This document shows, in pieces, positions 44,957 to 48,485 of a stretch of DNA of 48,485 nt. The stretch comes from Nemertoderma westbladi (lineage: Eukaryota; Animalia; Xenacoelomorpha). How positions within the stretch are numbered: the stretch's first letter is position 1; the number at the start of each line of letters is the position of its first letter. The position numbers were made by a program, and so were the translations under genes. The DNA lies in contig JAUCBJ010008966.1 of assembly GCA_032718475.1 (NCBI GenBank), positions 1-48,485 on the forward strand, read 5' to 3'. A model generated the notes under the pieces. It had not been told where the DNA came from. It did not search any database and worked only from the letters and a program-made list of their open reading frames with translations.

Positions 44957-47817
44957 CTAGAAAGCCTGTGGCCCTTCGGGCCACAGCTTTCTAGTGCACG
45001 TGCAGATGATATATGAATATTGTGGGAGATTTGAGAACTGCATATGTAACAGACACCATCATTAAATAAAACACCACCCCCATAAGAGATAACTGTCAAA
45101 TTTCAACTTTAGGCAGATTGTAAATAACAAAATTTCCAGAAAATGATCACTTTCAGATCGACTCCGTAAAGGTACAGCCTATGCTGTAGTAGATGCCTAC
45201 CAAGTTTCAGTCTAAACCGTTAGTAAATAACAGTAGACTGGGGAAGTGTATAGGACTCTGCAACTCCGTAAAGATACAGCCTATGATGTAGTAGATACCT
45301 GCCAAGTTTTAGCTCAAAAAGATTAAAAAGAACCAAATGGGATGAGGTTTTCACTATCAGACAATTCGCCCTCTAGCGGCTGACTGTGGAACTGTAGACG
45401 TCTCTACTACTCCGCAAAGATATAGCCTATGCTAGAGTAGATGTCTACCAAGTTTCAGTCTAAAAGGATTGTAAATAACAAAGTTGGAGGAGATGTTAAC
45501 TTTCATACATTTCGCCCTCTAGCGGCAGACGCAGGTAATGTAGACAACTCTGCGCGACTCAGTAAAGATATAGCCTATGCTGTAGTAGATGCCTACCAAG
45601 TTCAGTCTAAATGGATTATAAATAACAAAGCTAGAGATGTTAACTTTCAGACATTTCGCCCTCTAGCGGTAGACTGGGGAATTGTAGACGACTCTGCGAC
45701 TCAGTAAAGATACAGCCTATGCTGTAGTAGATGCCTACCAAGTTTCAGTCTAAACGGATTGTAAATAACAAAGTTGGAGAAGATGTTAACTCTCAGACAT
45801 TTAGCCCTCTAACGGTAGACTGGGGAACTGTAGACAAATCAGTGACTCCGGAAATATACAGCCTATGCTGCAGTATATAGCTACCAAGTTTCAGCTCAAA
45901 AGCATTAAAAATAACAAAGTTGGAGTAGATGTTAACTTTCAGACATTTCGCCCTCTAGCGGTAGACTGGGGAATTGTAGACGACTCTACAACTCCACAAA
46001 GATATAGCCTATGCTATAGTAGATGCCTACCAAGTTTCAGTCTAAAAGGATTGTAAATAACAAAGTTGGAGAAGATGTTAACTTTCATACATTTCGCCCT
46101 CTAGCGGCAGACACAGGTACTGTAGACAACACTGCGCGACTCAGTAAAGATATAGCCTATGCTGTAGTAGATGCCTACCAAGTTCAGTCTAAACGGATTA
46201 TAAATAACAAAGTTGGAGAAGATGTTAACTTTCAGACATTTCGCCCTCTAGCGGTAGACTGGGGAATTGTAGACGACTCAGTGACTCCGGAAATATACAG
46301 CCTATGCTGCAGTATATAGCTACCAAGTTTCAGCTTAAAAGCATTAAAAATAACAAAGTTGGAGAACATGTTAACTTTCAGACATTTCGCCCTCTAGCGG
46401 TAGACCGGGGAATTGTAGACGACTCAGCTACTCAGTAAAGATACAGCCTATGCTGTAGTAGATGCCTACCAAGTTTCAGTCTAAACGGATTGTAAATAAC
46501 AAAGTTGGAGAAGATGTTATCTCTCAGACATTTAGCCCTCTAACGGTAGACTGGGGAACTGTAGACAACTCAGTGACTCCGGAAATATACAGCCTATGCT
46601 GCAGTATATAGCTACCAAGTTTCAGCTCAAAAGCATTAAAAATAACAAAGTTGTAGAAGATGTTAACTTTCAGACATTTCGCCCTCTAGCGGTAGACTGG
46701 GGAATTGTAGACGACTCTGCGACTTAGTAAAGATACAGCCTATGCTGTAGTAGATGCCTACCAAGTTTCAGTCTAAACGGATTGTAAATAACAAAGTTGG
46801 AGAAGATGTTAACTCTCAGACATTTAGCCCTCTAACGGTAGACTGGGGAACTGTAGACAACTCAGTGACTCCGGAAATATACAGCCTATGCTGCAGTATA
46901 TAGCTACCAAGTTTCAGCTCAAAAGCATTAAAAACAACCCAATGAGATCAGGTTTTCACTATCGGACAATTCGCCCTCTAGCGGCAGATGGGGGAACTTC
47001 AGACGGCTCTGAGTATTACGTTGCAACGAGTTAGGGCGAGACCTATCTAACGAGCTATAGTAAGCGAGATTTCATCGAGATTAGATGTATAATATTAGAT
47101 AAAATAATAATACAGTAAGTATAGGCCTACAGAAATAATTATTTTACTTTTAATATTCATAACAGTAAAACAAAAATGTTATAAACCTCTCCTTCCATGC
47201 AGCCAATGATTGAGAAAGCAGAATTACACTTGAGCAGTTCGCAACAGACAACCCAAACCCACCCCAATCAACACTACAGCCTGGCTTGCTCCTTATCTGT
47301 GCCCAGCTAGCTGCGATTTCAATAATTACCTTAACGTTGCTATGATACAGAAAAAAATCCTTCCCTATTCACTACAGCATAATACAGCATAGGCCAATTC
47401 GATCGTGCTTGGCGAATATGACATATTTATACACTATTTGATTTTTAATCAATAAATAATCATACATATTTATATTAAACACTCGAATAAAATAAAAACT
47501 TTGTGAGAATGGGACACGGCGAATCTACCCATGTTAATTTTATACCAGATGGGATAAATGTTAGCCCTCTAAATAATTAATTACCGATAGAAGAACCGAA
47601 ATAATTCGATAAATTTCGCCCGAAAATCACGAAAATCGCCCTCTAGCGGCAGACGGGTGAACTTCAGACGACTCTGAGTATTACGTTGCAACGAGTTAGA
47701 GCGAGACCTTTCTAACGAGCTATAGCAAGCGAGATTTCATCGAGATGGGTTCGATTGTATAGCCGATGACAAACAGACAGACAGACAGACAGACAATCGA
47801 TATTTATATATATTAGA
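44957..47817 (-). mobile_element. Non-autonomous Helitron H2 (2861 bp)
   Basis: Same termini as H3, with exact CTAG|TC junctions at 44957/44956 and 47818/47817. Confidence 0.87.
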
Positions 47818-48485
47818 CTAGAAAGCCTGTGGCCCTTCGGGCCACAGCTTTCTAGTGCACGTGCAGATGATATATGAATATGTGTGGGAGATTTGAGAAC
47901 TGCATACGGAACAGACACCATCATTAAATAAAACACCACCCCCATAAGAGATAACTGTCAAGTTTCAACTTTAGGCAGATTGTAAATAACAAAATTTCCA
48001 GAAAATGATCACTTTCAGATCCACCCTCTACCTGCGGACTGGTGAAATGCAGACGACGCTGCAGTTTGGTAAAGATGGGGTTTATGGTGAAGTAAAATGC
48101 CTGCCTTTCAAGTTTCAGCTTAAACAGATTGTAAATAACAAAATTGGTGTAGATGTTCACATTCAGACATTTCACCCGCTAGCGGTAGACTGAAGAACTG
48201 TAGACGACTCTGGGACTCCGTAAAGATACAGAATATGCTGTAGTAGATTCCTGCCAAGTTCCAGCTCAAAGGGATTAAAAAAAGAACCAATTGGGATGAG
48301 GTGTTCACTAACAGACAATTCGCCCTCTAGCGGCAGATAGGGGAACTGTATACAACTCTGCGACTCAGTAAATGTAGAGCCTATGCTGTAGTAGATGCCT
48401 ACCAAGTTTCAGTCTAAACCGTTTGTAAATAACAAAGTTGGAGAAGATGTTAACTTTCAGACATTTCACCCTCTAGCGGTAGACC
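47818..48485 (-). mobile_element. Helitron H1, 3' part (runs off the window)
   Basis: Same 3' hairpin plus CTAG, with more diverged satellite units. Confidence 0.8.

Larger units (their letters stand above)
43190..48485. repeat. ~146-bp satellite units inside the Helitrons (blocks ~43190-44140, ~45177-47010, ~48020-end)
   Basis: The unit start 'cctatgct' recurs at 43433, 43581, 43726, 43872 and 44018. H2 and H3 differ in length by 872 bp, about six units. Confidence 0.93.

Noticed and set aside
43448-46319. Repeated ~90-100 aa ORFs (MPTKFQSKR...)
   Set aside because: These are translations of the 146-bp satellite, whose unit length is not a multiple of 3.

Overview
This window is eukaryotic, most likely an invertebrate animal (inferred), and is dominated by transposons. 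It has no rRNA, tRNA or CRISPR features. From left to right it holds: about 5.6 kb of non-coding, hairpin-rich repeat DNA; a broken piggyBac transposase; RTE-like LINE 3' fragments; and an old minus-strand BEL/Pao LTR retrotransposon split by a young related 11.9-kb BEL/Pao element (LTRs 11315-11860 and 22654-23198, about 99% identical, TSD CGTCT). Further right are an intronless Ly6/three-finger-like GPI protein gene, a second internally deleted BEL/Pao element, a long foldback with a perfect 63-bp hairpin, and an intronless Ig-like receptor gene with a tyrosine-repeat tail. The window ends with MITE and piggyBac termini and a head-to-tail Helitron array carrying a 146-bp satellite with CTCF-like motifs. 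The best candidate for something new is the young BEL/Pao element. It has no tRNA-type (TGG...) primer-binding site. Instead, the 9 nt after its 5' LTR are exactly complementary to a site inside the LTR, and the older relative shows the same pairing with a different sequence. This suggests Tf1-like self-priming in a BEL/Pao lineage. The same element also has an extra 3' ORF with three CCHC zinc knuckles behind a GTTAG repeat array. All calls were made by eye, with no database search.
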